Part shown: in pieces, positions 21,521 through 33,011 of the stretch | Layout: the number at the start of each line of letters is the position of its first letter | How positions within the stretch are numbered: position 1 is the stretch's first letter | Assembly: GCA_050293845.1 (NCBI GenBank) | Contig: JBNKNM010000008.1 | Location: forward strand, 1 to 64,000 | DNA length: 64,000 nucleotides | DNA from: Pseudobacteriovorax sp. | GTDB lineage: Bacteria > Bdellovibrionota_B > Oligoflexia > Oligoflexales > Oligoflexaceae | Direction: 5' to 3' | Position numbers and translations under genes: made by a program | Notes under the pieces: generated by a model | The model's input: the letters and a program-made list of their open reading frames with translations, nothing else | Told to the model about the DNA's origin: nothing | The model's database searches: none

Positions 21521-21672
21521 TCCCAACCAGAGATTCATTTTGAATGTCGTGTTTGCAGGAGTTCTCGGCTTTAATTTCAAAATGCATTCACTCAAAAAAA
21601 ATTGGTTAGTTGCGATATAAGTAGCTTACGGACCATTTAACAATAGGTTTATTTATATTAGGAGTTTATACG

Positions 21673-22422
21673 TTGATCAGATCTTTTATTGTTGTTGCTG
21701 TTTCCTTAATTTGTAGTTATTCATGGGCTGATTCTAAGGATAAAGAGAGTTCACCTCAAGATTCATCAAGCGAAGAAACGCAGATTATTAAAACCAAATC
21801 AAGCTTATCAACTCAATCCGTTGATATCAGAAGAGATAAAAGATGGGGGTTTGATTTTGGGTTAAGTTACCGGACAAGAGGGCTGGAACTAAAGTCAGGA
21901 GTTAATATATTTATTTCTGGAAATGATATCGTACAGCTAAACATTGGATATCTGTCTGGAACTATTACAGAAAATTCTCACAACTCTAACGGTTGGGATG
22001 ACGATGATTGGGATGATGATGATTGGTACGACCTGGATGAACCTGAATCGATATCCCTTGAAGGAAACGCTATCTCAGTTAACTATAAGAAGTTTTTTTC
22101 AAACTCGTTTTATGGTTTATTTGGTTTGGAATATTCTGAAATTCGATCTAGATTCGATGCAGGTGGTTTCCTAGGTCTAGGAGAGACATATTCTATTCGC
22201 GATATCTCACGAACTGCATTAGATCTTAGAGCAGGCAACCAATGGCAATGGAGTCATTTTACAATGGGTGTTGATTGGATTGGGCTATTGATTCCCATCC
22301 ATACAAGCAAGACAGAACAGAATACCCAGCTATATAGAAACGAAAAACTACTAAAGCACCTTGACCAACTTGAAGAATTTGACTTTTCTTTATTTAGATT
22401 TTATCTAGGGGTTAACTTTTAA
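21673..22422 (+). CDS. Outer-membrane beta-barrel protein
   Basis: Signal peptide, GNQWQW..FTMGVDWIG, terminal YLGVNF; acidic WDDDD loop repeat. Confidence 0.7.
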   Translation: MIRSFIVVAVSLICSYSWADSKDKESSPQDSSSEETQIIKTKSSLSTQSVDIRRDKRWGFDFGLSYRTRGLELKSGVNIFISGNDIVQLNIGYLSGTITENSHNSNGWDDDDWDDDDWYDLDEPESISLEGNAISVNYKKFFSNSFYGLFGLEYSEIRSRFDAGGFLGLGETYSIRDISRTALDLRAGNQWQWSHFTMGVDWIGLLIPIHTSKTEQNTQLYRNEKLLKHLDQLEEFDFSLFRFYLGVNF

Positions 22423-22943
22423 TCTTTGAGAGTGGAATGTTCATACTAACTAACTTTTCCTAGAAATCTCTCTCGACAATGATCTATTCTTACAACCATA
22501 AAAGCAATATACTCTGTATGCCATTTGCTTTTGTGGTACTTTATTGCTTCTTGTTAGGTTTAGAGATTTTATTGATAACTCTTGATTCTTTCTTTCAGAC
22601 TTTTTCTATTTTTCTGGAGAATAACTACTCTTAAAACGGAGTTAGTTGAATTTCTAGGCGTTCTGCCCATGACCAAAACACTTTCTTAAAGAAGGCTATG
22701 GGACAGATGACTACTTTAGCACTCAGATTTATTTACTGCTGAAACAGGATCAAGTATTCCTAGGAGATCCAATGGCTGTACTCTTACCACTACCAGGAAC
22801 ACTATTAAGGAAAAAAACAGACTCATTTGGCCAGTTTAGTTTTCAATACTTTTACGAAAAATCGTCGTAAAGGATGAACTTACAATTACAAGTGCACCTT
22901 TTATAGCAAGAGTGTTATACGAGAGCTTAGCCAGTCATATCAA

Positions 22944-23204
22944 TTATTCAGTAGGTCTCAAGATTGTATCACGCCTCGACTTTTGCTGGCGCAGATTACG
23001 GAAAGCTTTCTTATTATCCTCGTGACTCTTCTTTACAGCGGCTTTAGTTACCACGCGACACCTAGCCCTTTTGATATGACTACCAGTTTTTGGAGATCCG
23101 ACACAACTTAGCACCTTTTCTTCAGCCTTTTTATTACCAGAATTGGTGACGCATCCTTGAATCAATACTAGTGTGAAAGAAAAGAAAATTATTATAAACT
23201 TCAT
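22944..23204 (-). CDS. Small lipoprotein
   Basis: MKFIIIFFSFTLVLIQGC lipobox; C....TGSHIKRARC motif. Confidence 0.7.
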   Translation of the reverse strand: MKFIIIFFSFTLVLIQGCVTNSGNKKAEEKVLSCVGSPKTGSHIKRARCRVVTKAAVKKSHEDNKKAFRNLRQQKSRRDTILRPTE

Positions 23205-23403
23205 TTTATACCTATAAAATATATCAAGACCAGCCACATTTATAGCGATTTAATGCAAACAGGTCTACCAAGAATAGATAGCCACGCAAGATTTTCTTTA
23301 TTTATTTCATATTGCGCTAAGACTACAATGCGCCCCCTACGAGAGATGTAGCATGGTAACTATTTGAAAGAATCAGATCCTTATTTTAAACAAAGGTCCC
23401 ATA

Positions 23404-24252
23404 TCATGACCCTTGGGTTAAAAATCTGAGCCCAACGCGATAGACATCTTTTTTCTTATCAAAGTCAAGCAAATAATCACCATAGCCGCTAAAGTATTCA
23501 TAAAATAGCTGAGTTTTTTCATCCTGCCTTGCACTAATCAAAGACCACAGGTCAATAGAAATTTGCGCGAAAAACTGATAGCCCTTTGGTCCGCGAGAAT
23601 AGCAAATAACACCTTTCTCAATATGTCGCTGACGCCATTGAAAACCAGTTCTCCAATAACCTACATAATCATGATAGGGAGTTGATTTTTTAGATGTATA
23701 GGGAAAGTAAAATCTTGAGGAAAAATAAAAGTCACTGCCAAACATCTGCCAGTAAGATTGCCAATACAATCTGTTTAAGCTACGTGATCGATTTTTCCTT
23801 TGATCCGGTCCTGCAGGTTCATTGTCAACACCATTCGAATTGTGATCAAGGGATATAATTTGATCAGGAGAGATTAGATAGTAAAGCTCAGGATTATGAT
23901 TGATATCGATAAATGGCTTTGATTTCACTAGGCCAGTACGATCCCAAAACCCACGCATCGTATACGAAAAAAACAGATTATAGTCCTTAAACAAACGGTG
24001 GTCAGTGTTAAATTGAATTTTAAAAACTTTTGAAGGCTCGACGGCAACAAATTCACTGGGAGGTATTCTGGTCATACCTAGATTTTGAACTGCCTCTCCA
24101 CGAATAGGAAAGGTCAATGTGTAGAAAAGTGTCAACCACTTGACGGTTTGCATAGAATTTGCCTCAGGGGATATGCATCTCTGTCCTAATTTTAACCGAT
24201 ATATGTCATAATGGTCTAGAAAATCAGCAAAACTTAATCTGAGGATAAGCAA
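23404..24252 (-). CDS. pldA: Outer-membrane phospholipase A (OMPLA)
   Basis: HNSNG catalytic motif, SRSLNRLY, PFIDINHNPEL, YFSGYGDYLLDFD. The true start is probably downstream of the ORF start. Confidence 0.8.
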   Translation of the reverse strand: MLILRLSFADFLDHYDIYRLKLGQRCISPEANSMQTVKWLTLFYTLTFPIRGEAVQNLGMTRIPPSEFVAVEPSKVFKIQFNTDHRLFKDYNLFFSYTMRGFWDRTGLVKSKPFIDINHNPELYYLISPDQIISLDHNSNGVDNEPAGPDQRKNRSRSLNRLYWQSYWQMFGSDFYFSSRFYFPYTSKKSTPYHDYVGYWRTGFQWRQRHIEKGVICYSRGPKGYQFFAQISIDLWSLISARQDEKTQLFYEYFSGYGDYLLDFDKKKDVYRVGLRFLTQGS

Positions 24253-24575
24253 CTAAAAAATATCTAGAAGCGTCTGAAGAATGAAGATTTCATTCTTCAA
24301 AACTTAGTAAACTTGTGCCACTAGAGCAGATATTGAGGGTTCATGAACTTTCTTAAAAAAGATAAATTTTATTTATTCTCTAAAAGATAATTCATTACTT
24401 ACTATGTAGAGCAGTTGCTAAATAATTAGCTTGCTAATTTAGATTGCTCAGCTCTTGAAAAAGTTTTTTTCATATCTGAGATAAAATCTAAACAGCTCGG
24501 CAAAATCTTGCCATTAAAACATTGATATGTGGTCCGAACTAAATACTAAATGTAATTACTGAACGAGGGGATGCA

Positions 24576-25274
24576 ATGAAGCGTTTAAGTATCACGATCA
24601 TATTTTTCTTTTTCGGACCTATGGGATGCGATCTTCCTGGGGTGAAAAAGGTACCATCAGTAGAAGAATTGACGGAAGATACTTCACCCAACGATGATGA
24701 TAGTAGTTTTAGTGGCAAAGATGGTAAGACACCCGATACGAACAAGCAGCCAGAACCTGTAAATTTACCAGGGAACCTAGCCGAGGATCTATTGGGAACA
24801 TGGGTTGGACCTTGTGTCGATGATACTAAGATATTATTTCAATTTTCTACTAACCAGTGGGTAAAAGCCATTGTGAATTTTCCAACTAGCAGCAATTGCA
24901 GCGGTGATTATTTAGCTTTAAGTGGTTTCGGAGGTACCTATACTATAGATAGCATCGAAGATGATGGACTAATCAACTGGGATCTTAACCTTAGTAATTT
25001 TCAACGAACTTTCTATACCCAAGAGTTGGTCGATTATGTGAATAGCGTTAAGTTTTATGGGTATACGGACTGGAAAATAGGGGAAGCCAAAGAATGTATC
25101 AGTCGCCCTAACCTAAATGGTGATGTTGTTGCCCCACAAAAAATTTACGCAACTATGGCGTTTTCTCAAAGTGGAGAATTGGCATTTGGCATATGGAGTG
25201 GTACTCCCGAAGAGCGGGATACCACAGTCGATTGGTCAGGGCAAGATGGGGGGCCTTTTAAGCGAGTCCAGTAA
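24576..25274 (+). CDS. Hypothetical lipoprotein
   Basis: Lipobox (PMGC), low-complexity linker, LLGTWVGPC lipocalin-like start. Confidence 0.7.
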   Translation: MKRLSITIIFFFFGPMGCDLPGVKKVPSVEELTEDTSPNDDDSSFSGKDGKTPDTNKQPEPVNLPGNLAEDLLGTWVGPCVDDTKILFQFSTNQWVKAIVNFPTSSNCSGDYLALSGFGGTYTIDSIEDDGLINWDLNLSNFQRTFYTQELVDYVNSVKFYGYTDWKIGEAKECISRPNLNGDVVAPQKIYATMAFSQSGELAFGIWSGTPEERDTTVDWSGQDGGPFKRVQ

Positions 25275-25531
25275 CCCGCAGAGTTTAAATTTTGCAATAA
25301 TACATGAGTAAATGGCAGCCACGCTGCCTACCCAACATTTTGGCTCTCTTTTTATGCAGTTTTTATGGGACCATCATTTTCCTTAAATTCCTGCAATACT
25401 TGCCAATATTAAGGTTTAAATTCATTCCCTTTCCAAACTTCCCTTGGACACTTTTAAAATTAAATTTGTTTTTGCTACTCTAACAAGCTATCTTTCCATG
25501 AAAAGTACCCCTATTAACCCAACCAAAAGGA

Positions 25532-27331
25532 GTGTGTATGATATTGCATCGGTGGTTGCTTGTCCTATTACTAATGCTATCCGCTTGCCAGACTGTTCAA
25601 AACAACCAGCTGCCTTCATTGGAAAACTTTTATGAGGAAGTATTTCAAGCAGAATTACATCATTCACCCGAAACGATGAGTGAAATGGGAATAAAAAAGG
25701 ATTATGACAAACTTGACAATATTTCTGAAGCAGCCCTTCATGCGGAGCATATACGCTTCAAAGGCTATCTAGCCAAACTAAAAACCTTCGACACTAAATC
25801 CCTCACAATGCAACAGTTACTTTCCTATGAATTGTTTCGCGATACTATAAAAAATAAATTAGCTACCTATAAATTCCGCCATCATAATTTTCCTGTAAAT
25901 CAGATGTTTGGCATACAAGCGAATACCCCGTCATTCTTCATCAATGTGCATAAAATCATAAATGAGCAGGATGCAAATGATTATATTTCTAGAATCAAGG
26001 CCTTGGAATTGAAGTTTAACCAGCTACTTGAAAACTTAAAAATTAGGGAGCGGAAAGGCATTATACCACCATATTTTGTCTTCGATAAGGTGATTGATGA
26101 CTCTCAAAGAGTCATATCTGGCTTTCCTTTTGAAGAGAAAAGCCCACCATCCGTTCTATATCGTGACTTTAAGAATAAGATCAATAAAATCAACCTTGAT
26201 AAGAACACCAGATCACAGCTTTTAAAGCGCTGTGAACAAGCCCTCAAAAGCTATTTAGAACCCGGATATCGCAAGCTCATTACATATATGAAGTACCTCA
26301 AGCCAAAGGCACCCGAGAAGATAGGGGCATGGTCTTTACCCGATGGCGATAATTTTTATAAGTTTCAACTGCAGCAAATCACTACCACATCCCTAAGCCC
26401 TACAGATATTCACCAGCTTGGGAGAGACGAAATTGATCGCATTCATCAGGAAATGGATGCTATCCGCAAAAAAGTAAATTTTACAGGTAGCTTAAATCAA
26501 TTTTTCAACCACATGAGAAATAGCGAAGATTTCTACTATCCGCAAACAGATTCAGGGAAAATGGCATATTTAAAAGCCACCAGAGAAATTATTACTAATA
26601 TACAGAAAGTAATCCCTCAAGTGTTTGGACTGCAGCCTAAGGCGGGACTGATAGTCAAACCTGTGGAAGCTTTTCGAGAAGCTTCTGCTGGAATCGCTTT
26701 TTATAATGCACCATCGCTGGATGGTAGTAGACCTGGCATATATTATGTCAACTTATACGATCTCAAACAGGTACCACGTTTTGAGATGGAAGCCCTGGCT
26801 TACCATGAAGCTATCCCAGGACATCACTTTGAACGCACGATTAGCCAAGAGCTTGAGAAACTTCCTCAATTTCGCCGCTTTGGCCGTTATACTGCCTTCA
26901 TAGAAGGTTGGGGACTTTATAGTGAGTACCTTCCTAAGGAGCTAGGATTCTATAGTGATCCTTACTCAGACTTTGGTCGCCTTTCTATGGAATTATGGCG
27001 TGCTACAAGACTTGTAGTCGATACGGGCATTCATTGGAAGCGCTGGACCCGTGAAGAGGCCATTGATTATCTCAGGCAGACAACACCGGCCAGTGAAGGA
27101 GAGATTGTCAAAGCTGTCGAGCGATATTTTGTGATGCCTGGTCAAGCCACTGCTTATAAAATCGGTATGTTGAAGATTCTCGAGCTACGCGAACGTTCCC
27201 AAAAGGCATTGGGAGAAAAATTCAGCCTCAAAGCCTTTCACAATCAAATTCTGGGTCATGGCCCTCTGCCATTACATAAACTAGAAAGAGTGATCCATAA
27301 CTGGATTTCCCAGCAAGAACAAAGCCACTAG
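25532..27331 (+). CDS. DUF885-family lipoprotein
   Basis: LSAC lipobox, AYHEAIPGHH, AFIEGWGLYSE, PGQATAYKIG. Confidence 0.92.
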   Translation: MCMILHRWLLVLLLMLSACQTVQNNQLPSLENFYEEVFQAELHHSPETMSEMGIKKDYDKLDNISEAALHAEHIRFKGYLAKLKTFDTKSLTMQQLLSYELFRDTIKNKLATYKFRHHNFPVNQMFGIQANTPSFFINVHKIINEQDANDYISRIKALELKFNQLLENLKIRERKGIIPPYFVFDKVIDDSQRVISGFPFEEKSPPSVLYRDFKNKINKINLDKNTRSQLLKRCEQALKSYLEPGYRKLITYMKYLKPKAPEKIGAWSLPDGDNFYKFQLQQITTTSLSPTDIHQLGRDEIDRIHQEMDAIRKKVNFTGSLNQFFNHMRNSEDFYYPQTDSGKMAYLKATREIITNIQKVIPQVFGLQPKAGLIVKPVEAFREASAGIAFYNAPSLDGSRPGIYYVNLYDLKQVPRFEMEALAYHEAIPGHHFERTISQELEKLPQFRRFGRYTAFIEGWGLYSEYLPKELGFYSDPYSDFGRLSMELWRATRLVVDTGIHWKRWTREEAIDYLRQTTPASEGEIVKAVERYFVMPGQATAYKIGMLKILELRERSQKALGEKFSLKAFHNQILGHGPLPLHKLERVIHNWISQQEQSH

Positions 27332-27608
27332 CAGGATAATATATCCTGTCCCCATCTTCTTCAAAGAAACTATGGGCTACACTTGCGCGAACCTTGATAA
27401 TCACATTTAGGTTTGCGCCACTTCGAAAAAGCTAGGTCACAAAAATTTGAATTTGGGCTTAAAGCATCGTTTGGTTGAAGCCGTTCTTTCCGCAAAAGTT
27501 GCTATTTATTACTGGAGTAAAGCTAGCAAGTTTTGTTAGGATGTGCGCACGGTTGATATCTAATGGTTTCTAATGCAGCGTACTTAGTACGCTATAATGA
27601 CATAATTT

Positions 27609-29081
27609 ATGACGGAGCTTTCTATGTCACAGAGTAAAAAGGCCCTTGGAGTATCCTTGCCCGAAGGACATACGGGCTCTTCTTTTTTTCGACACATTCT
27701 TCTAGAAACAAAGAATGCATTCCCCAGAGTTTTTCATGATCTCAAATTACCCTCTGGGAAGGAGTTTAAGAAGCACTATCATAAAGCTGTTGTCGAGTGC
27801 GAAGGTATGCGCGTATCCTCACCAGAGCGATCTGAAATCGCAAAATTTGTGGTGCGTAGAACCCAAGACCAACTATATTATAAAGGCAATGGATTCTCAG
27901 GATCATTTAACGATTACCTTCTTGAGCGTACTTCCTCCAGTAAACTGAACTCTCAAAAACTCTCAGCTCCCCCTGGACTAAAGCCGAAAATTCCTTTTCG
28001 CGGACGCTATTATACTAATAAAAACCTTAACGAGCTTGGAAGTATCCTACTAGGTGAAAATAAAATTACCAAGAAGGTAGCCAATGCCTTAGATTGGTTA
28101 ACTCAATATGCCAAAGACCATGATGGACGCATTGATCTAAGTGGGCAAAAGTTTGTTATTATGGGAGCTTCAGCTGAGTTGGCCCCCACCAGCCTACTTC
28201 TAAAAGCGGGAGCGAAAGTTCTATGGGTCGATATTCAAAGCCCTGCAAACTTATTGAAGGCGGAAAAGGCCTTATCTGGCGAGTTATTCACATCAAAAGA
28301 TGCGAACGACGTACTTCTGCAACCACGAAAAATCCGTGCAACTATTGAAGAGTTTGCTGCTGGAGATCCCGTTCACATAGGAATGTATGCTTATGCAGGG
28401 GGTGCAAGTCAGGAGTGGCGACTGGCGGCAACGATGAATGCTATCATACGTAATTTGGAGTCGCGTATCATTGCTTCAGTAGCGATGCTCATTTCCCCAA
28501 CTGCAGCTGCTGTAGTTCAGCCTGAAGATAGCAATGCTTCTCTTGAATTTTTTAGAAATCCTCCAGCCTGGCAGGCTGCCCTTTGTCGCCTTGGCTTATT
28601 AGGAGAGAGGGCTAGTTTTGACAAGTGTGGGACTCCAATTGCACGATCCATTGTACCTATACAGGGTATAAGTTATCAAGCCGCACAATATGTCTCCAAG
28701 GTATTGGCCGCTGAAGTATATGGAACATTTGGCACAAAATTCGATGAACCCGCATCACCTATAACAGTTTCAGCAAACGTCGCAGGTATTACAAAAACCA
28801 GATCACTCAATCATCCGGTTTTTCAAGCAGCCTTCTTAGGAGCTAAGACGTTTGGTGTAGAAATTTTTGAAGTTCAAACAACCCACGCTTTGAATAACTT
28901 ATTGATGATTCACGATATACTAAACCCCACATCGGTTGATCCACAAGACATATCGTCCCTTTTTGCTAAACAGGTTCATGGAGGGATATATTCTCGAGCC
29001 TATTCATTAGATCCTATGATAAAAATAGCAACAGTTATAGGACTTGCCAAGCGGCCAAAGTTGATTTTAAAACTTTTCTAA
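27609..29081 (+). CDS. Conserved hypothetical protein with a Rossmann-like segment
   Basis: 490-aa ORF containing KFVIMGASAELAPTSLLLKAGAKVLWVD. Confidence 0.7.
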   Translation: MTELSMSQSKKALGVSLPEGHTGSSFFRHILLETKNAFPRVFHDLKLPSGKEFKKHYHKAVVECEGMRVSSPERSEIAKFVVRRTQDQLYYKGNGFSGSFNDYLLERTSSSKLNSQKLSAPPGLKPKIPFRGRYYTNKNLNELGSILLGENKITKKVANALDWLTQYAKDHDGRIDLSGQKFVIMGASAELAPTSLLLKAGAKVLWVDIQSPANLLKAEKALSGELFTSKDANDVLLQPRKIRATIEEFAAGDPVHIGMYAYAGGASQEWRLAATMNAIIRNLESRIIASVAMLISPTAAAVVQPEDSNASLEFFRNPPAWQAALCRLGLLGERASFDKCGTPIARSIVPIQGISYQAAQYVSKVLAAEVYGTFGTKFDEPASPITVSANVAGITKTRSLNHPVFQAAFLGAKTFGVEIFEVQTTHALNNLLMIHDILNPTSVDPQDISSLFAKQVHGGIYSRAYSLDPMIKIATVIGLAKRPKLILKLF

Positions 29082-29969
29082 TGACAAATAGGAAGGACTC
29101 TTATGAAAAGTAGCCCTTCCTATTTATAAAAACAGCAATAATCAAATCACAAAAACGGTGGTACCGTTAAAGAAAGTTCCAGTAAGCAAGCTCACCTAAA
29201 GTCACTCCTACCATAAGTGTCTTGATTCACCAGATCTTTAAACTTAAACAAATCCGCAAGACTACCCCTACCGAAACTGTTTAAGGAAATCGAGCATTCT
29301 AAAATTGGCTCGAATCAAGCAGTAATCACATCCATGGCATTGATATCGAGCCAGTATGATATTTTAAAGGGCGTGGGCTAAGAATCACTTTTCTATTTGG
29401 AAATGTCTATAGTTTTATAGATTTAAAATCAATAGATTTCACACAATTTTGTTGTTTTTAGCGTATAAACTGCAATAATGGAAAAACTAATGGTCACAAA
29501 TTTGCTTAATATAGTCTAAACTTGCTAGGGTGACGTCGTCTCTCGACTAACGCTGAGCAAATTCATTACATCACTCTAAAATCTTCTGAGTTTATCTTTG
29601 CTAGAAAAGCTTGAAACTTTGTTTTGAAAACGCATTCCCATTAATCCACCTCTCTGCTACAAACACCCGCAACCAACTTCAGCGGTTTGACTGATAGATA
29701 GAAACGGTGCCGAGAACAAATTGCTTCGCGGGTAAACTCTGAACTTTAATCAATCACAGCTGTAGGACCGAAGCCTTAAAATACGAGCTTATATTCTATT
29801 CTAGCCTCTCTACCTACTTTCATTAATTGTTAATATTTATATTTCAGGTACTGCTTTTTATCTTTATAAAAAACTCCATTAACTGATTTTCATCAGTGTT
29901 GACTTTCAGCGGTAGTGCTGCTGAGTTTGTTCTGACTTCAAAGAGAAATGGAATTAAGGGAGATTTCTA

Positions 29970-30330
29970 GCGCGAAGCATCTTTTCCTGAGCCGGCGAGG
30001 AACTCTAACACGTGGTGGAATTCATCTTCGCTTTAAATCAGGTATATCGAGCCAAAGGTTTTACAGTACAATGCTGTTTGGTTTTTAACCAGGTGATGAT
30101 TGTTCTCGTGCTCTTCGCCAAAATACAAGCCTTCTTTCTGATCTGCTTTCCAGATGTCAGTTCTTCCCCAACAGAAAAATATCCACGCCATGCAAGTTTA
30201 GAGGGGGCAATTCATTTGTGTTTTTCTTTTCTAAAGGTAAGGCGAAAAAGTTGAGCATCATTTAAAATGATATAAATTAAAGTTTCGCTCACACCATGGT
30301 TTTAATGTATATGCAAAAGAAGTAGCTACA
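29970..30330 (-). pseudogene. Isopenicillin-N-synthase-family 2OG-Fe(II) dioxygenase remnant
   Basis: Across frames: NHGVSETLI / FFALPLEKEKHK*..AWRGYFSVGEELTSGK / DQKEGLYFGEEH..HHLVK. Boundaries are approximate. Confidence 0.75.
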
Positions 30331-30724
30331 ATAACGAAGCCTTTACCAAAGTTGGTTTTGGCAAGGATTTGCACCGTCCCTTTGCATATCAATGAGGTAC
30401 TATATGATTAGTCATAGAATATTTTCCTTTCTTTACTATTTTTGCCTAAGTTGAATTTCTTAGCAAGATCTCCCCTCATATTGGTTATCTTTTGGAAATT
30501 GCTAATTTAAATCTGCTGCTTAGGGTGGCTTAGGCTTTACCTAATGCAACATTTTTTACTTGAATTTGAAAATTTGACACATTGCGATATTTAGTGAGTT
30601 CTGTAAAACATGTTAACAATTCGACATTTTTCTTCAAAAAACTCCATAAAAAATAGGTCTTGAATCTACCAGCAAGAAGTGGCTGAATAGGGGAACGTTG
30701 TTAATAACTAGGAGTTTAAAAAAG

Positions 30725-32938
30725 ATGGATTCAAATGTTAGAGCGAACGCAAGGTACAATGCAATCGCCGAAGCCAGCTCTCGTAAAATAAGAAAATTCG
30801 AACGACCTGAAAATCCAAATAGCTCCAGGCAATCTGTGTCCGAATACTTCGGTTGCAATACCTTCGGCTGGGACCTCATGAGCCAGAAGCTACCTAAGGA
30901 CGATGTCGCTTTGCTTCGAGAGGTACCTCCATCTAAAAGAAAACTCACCCCCGAACTTGCAGACAAAGTAGCTTATGCCGTTAAAGAATGGGCTATTGCT
31001 AAAGGAGCAACTCACTACTGTCACTGGTTCCAGCCACAGACTGGAAGTACTGCGGAAAAGCACGACTCATTTTTCTCTTTTGATAAAACCGGCTCTGCCG
31101 TGGATCACTTCACTGGTACCGAACTTATGCAACAGGAACCAGATGCTTCTAGTTTCCCATCTGGTGGACGACGTTCCACTTTTGAAGCTCGTGGTTACAC
31201 AGCGTGGGATGCAACCTCTCCGATGTTTCTAATCGAAACAGTAAATGGTTTGACACTTTGCATTCCTTCAATATTTGTTTCCTATTCTGGAGAGCACCTT
31301 GATGAGAAGACGCCTCTATTGCGATCCATTACTACGGTAAGTGATAGTGCAATGGCAGCTCTCAAGCTACTTGAAAACTCGGATGCGAACCATGTTGTCA
31401 GCAACTGTGGTCCAGAACAAGAGTACTTTGTGATTGACCGTTCACTCTACGAACTAAGACCGGACCTAGTTCAGGCGGGGCGTGCAGTTCTAGGTTCTGT
31501 TCCTCCTAAACATCAGCAGCTATCAGACCACTATTTTGGTTCAATTAAACAACGTATTCTGAACTTCATGATGGAATGTGAGCATGAGCTTTACAAACTT
31601 GGTGTACCGTGTAAAACGAGACATAACGAAGTTGCTCCATCACAATGTGAGGCAGCTCCTATTTATGAATTTGCAAATATTGCGGCTGACCATAATCAGC
31701 TGACGATGCAAATCATAAAGATTGTGGCAAAACGTCATGATTTGGTAGCATTGTTTCATGAAAAGCCTTATGCAGGAATGAATGGTTCAGGAAAGCACTT
31801 GAACTGGTCCTTAGCCACCAATACAGGTATAAATTTACTAGATCCCGGCGACAAACCACACGAGAATGTACGCTTTCTATATTTCCTTGCGGCTACCATT
31901 AAGGCTGTTCATGACTGGTCTAAATTACTTCGATCCAGTGTTGCTTCTGCCGGCAATGACTACAGGCTTGGAGCTAATGAAGCCCCACCTGCAATTATGA
32001 GTGTTTTCCTAGGTGAAACGCTAACTCAAGTTCTTGATCGTATCGCGTCAGGTGAATCACCAACTCCTTCTGAAAGTGAAATCAACCTTGATCTGGCCAG
32101 AATCCCAATCATTGCCCGTGACAATACGGATCGTAATAGAACTTCCCCTTTTGCCTTTACAGGAAACAAATTCGAGTTTCGTGCTTTAGGTTCAAATCAG
32201 AGTATCAGTGGGCCTATCGCTTACTTGAACGCTGCTATGGCCAATGCCTTGGATGAGATGAATAGCAAGCTTAGTAAGATAACAGGCGGAGCAGTTGCTT
32301 CTGAAAAGCAAATTCTTGAGGTAATCAACGACACTTATCAACAAACGAAAGCAGTTTGTTTTGAAGGAGACGGGTACTCTGAAGAGTGGCATCATGAAGC
32401 AAAAAAACGCGGCTTACCAAACCTTAAAAATACTCCTGAAGCTCTTAGCTGTTTGCTAGAAAAAGAAACTCAAGAGATGTTGATCGGTAAGGGGATTTAT
32501 GGTAGCAAGGATGAAATCAAAGCTCGCTACAATGTTCTAATTGAACGTTATACTATGCACAAACTCATTGAATTTGAATGTATGGAAGACCTAGCAACAA
32601 CTCATGTGATCCCTAGCTTTGCCAGTCACTTAGGGCAGTTTGCTAGTAATTTAGATACTGTGAGCAAAGTTTTATCTACTGTTAGTGACACTCAAAAGAA
32701 GACCTTAGAACAATTAAATCTAATTATGGATGAATTAATTGTATCGCGGGATAAGCTTTCTACTTTCCTAGAAAAGGCTCATAATTCTGATAATGAAACG
32801 GAACTAGGCTTGCTATTAGCTAGTGAAGGATACAAAATAAGCGAAGAGCTAAGTAACGCTTGCGCGAAAGCAGAGCACAAAATTGATGATGCGTTGTGGA
32901 CACTTCCGAAGTATAGAGAAATGATCTATACCCTATAA
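30725..32938 (+). CDS. glnA: Glutamine synthetase type III
   Basis: THYCHWFQP.TG.TAEKHDSF, EPDASSFPSGG, RHNEVAP, HEKPYAGMNGSGKH, RLGANEAPPAI, DRNRTSPFAFTGNKFEFRA; AGGAG RBS. Confidence 0.96.
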   Translation: MDSNVRANARYNAIAEASSRKIRKFERPENPNSSRQSVSEYFGCNTFGWDLMSQKLPKDDVALLREVPPSKRKLTPELADKVAYAVKEWAIAKGATHYCHWFQPQTGSTAEKHDSFFSFDKTGSAVDHFTGTELMQQEPDASSFPSGGRRSTFEARGYTAWDATSPMFLIETVNGLTLCIPSIFVSYSGEHLDEKTPLLRSITTVSDSAMAALKLLENSDANHVVSNCGPEQEYFVIDRSLYELRPDLVQAGRAVLGSVPPKHQQLSDHYFGSIKQRILNFMMECEHELYKLGVPCKTRHNEVAPSQCEAAPIYEFANIAADHNQLTMQIIKIVAKRHDLVALFHEKPYAGMNGSGKHLNWSLATNTGINLLDPGDKPHENVRFLYFLAATIKAVHDWSKLLRSSVASAGNDYRLGANEAPPAIMSVFLGETLTQVLDRIASGESPTPSESEINLDLARIPIIARDNTDRNRTSPFAFTGNKFEFRALGSNQSISGPIAYLNAAMANALDEMNSKLSKITGGAVASEKQILEVINDTYQQTKAVCFEGDGYSEEWHHEAKKRGLPNLKNTPEALSCLLEKETQEMLIGKGIYGSKDEIKARYNVLIERYTMHKLIEFECMEDLATTHVIPSFASHLGQFASNLDTVSKVLSTVSDTQKKTLEQLNLIMDELIVSRDKLSTFLEKAHNSDNETELGLLLASEGYKISEELSNACAKAEHKIDDALWTLPKYREMIYTL

Positions 32939-32978
32939 GTCGAGTCAATAAGAGGAACCTTCCTTCAAACAGATCCCA

Positions 32979-33011
32979 GAACCGGACGTGACAGCCTTCT
33001 GTCATCCGGTT
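32979..33011 (+). terminator. Hairpin downstream of glnA
   Basis: AACCGGACGTGACAG-CCTT-CTGTCATCCGGTT. Confidence 0.55.

Noticed and set aside
30357..30374. Sigma-54 promoter for glnA (TTGGCAAGGATTTGCA)
   Set aside because: The GG-to-GC spacing is 9 nt rather than 10.
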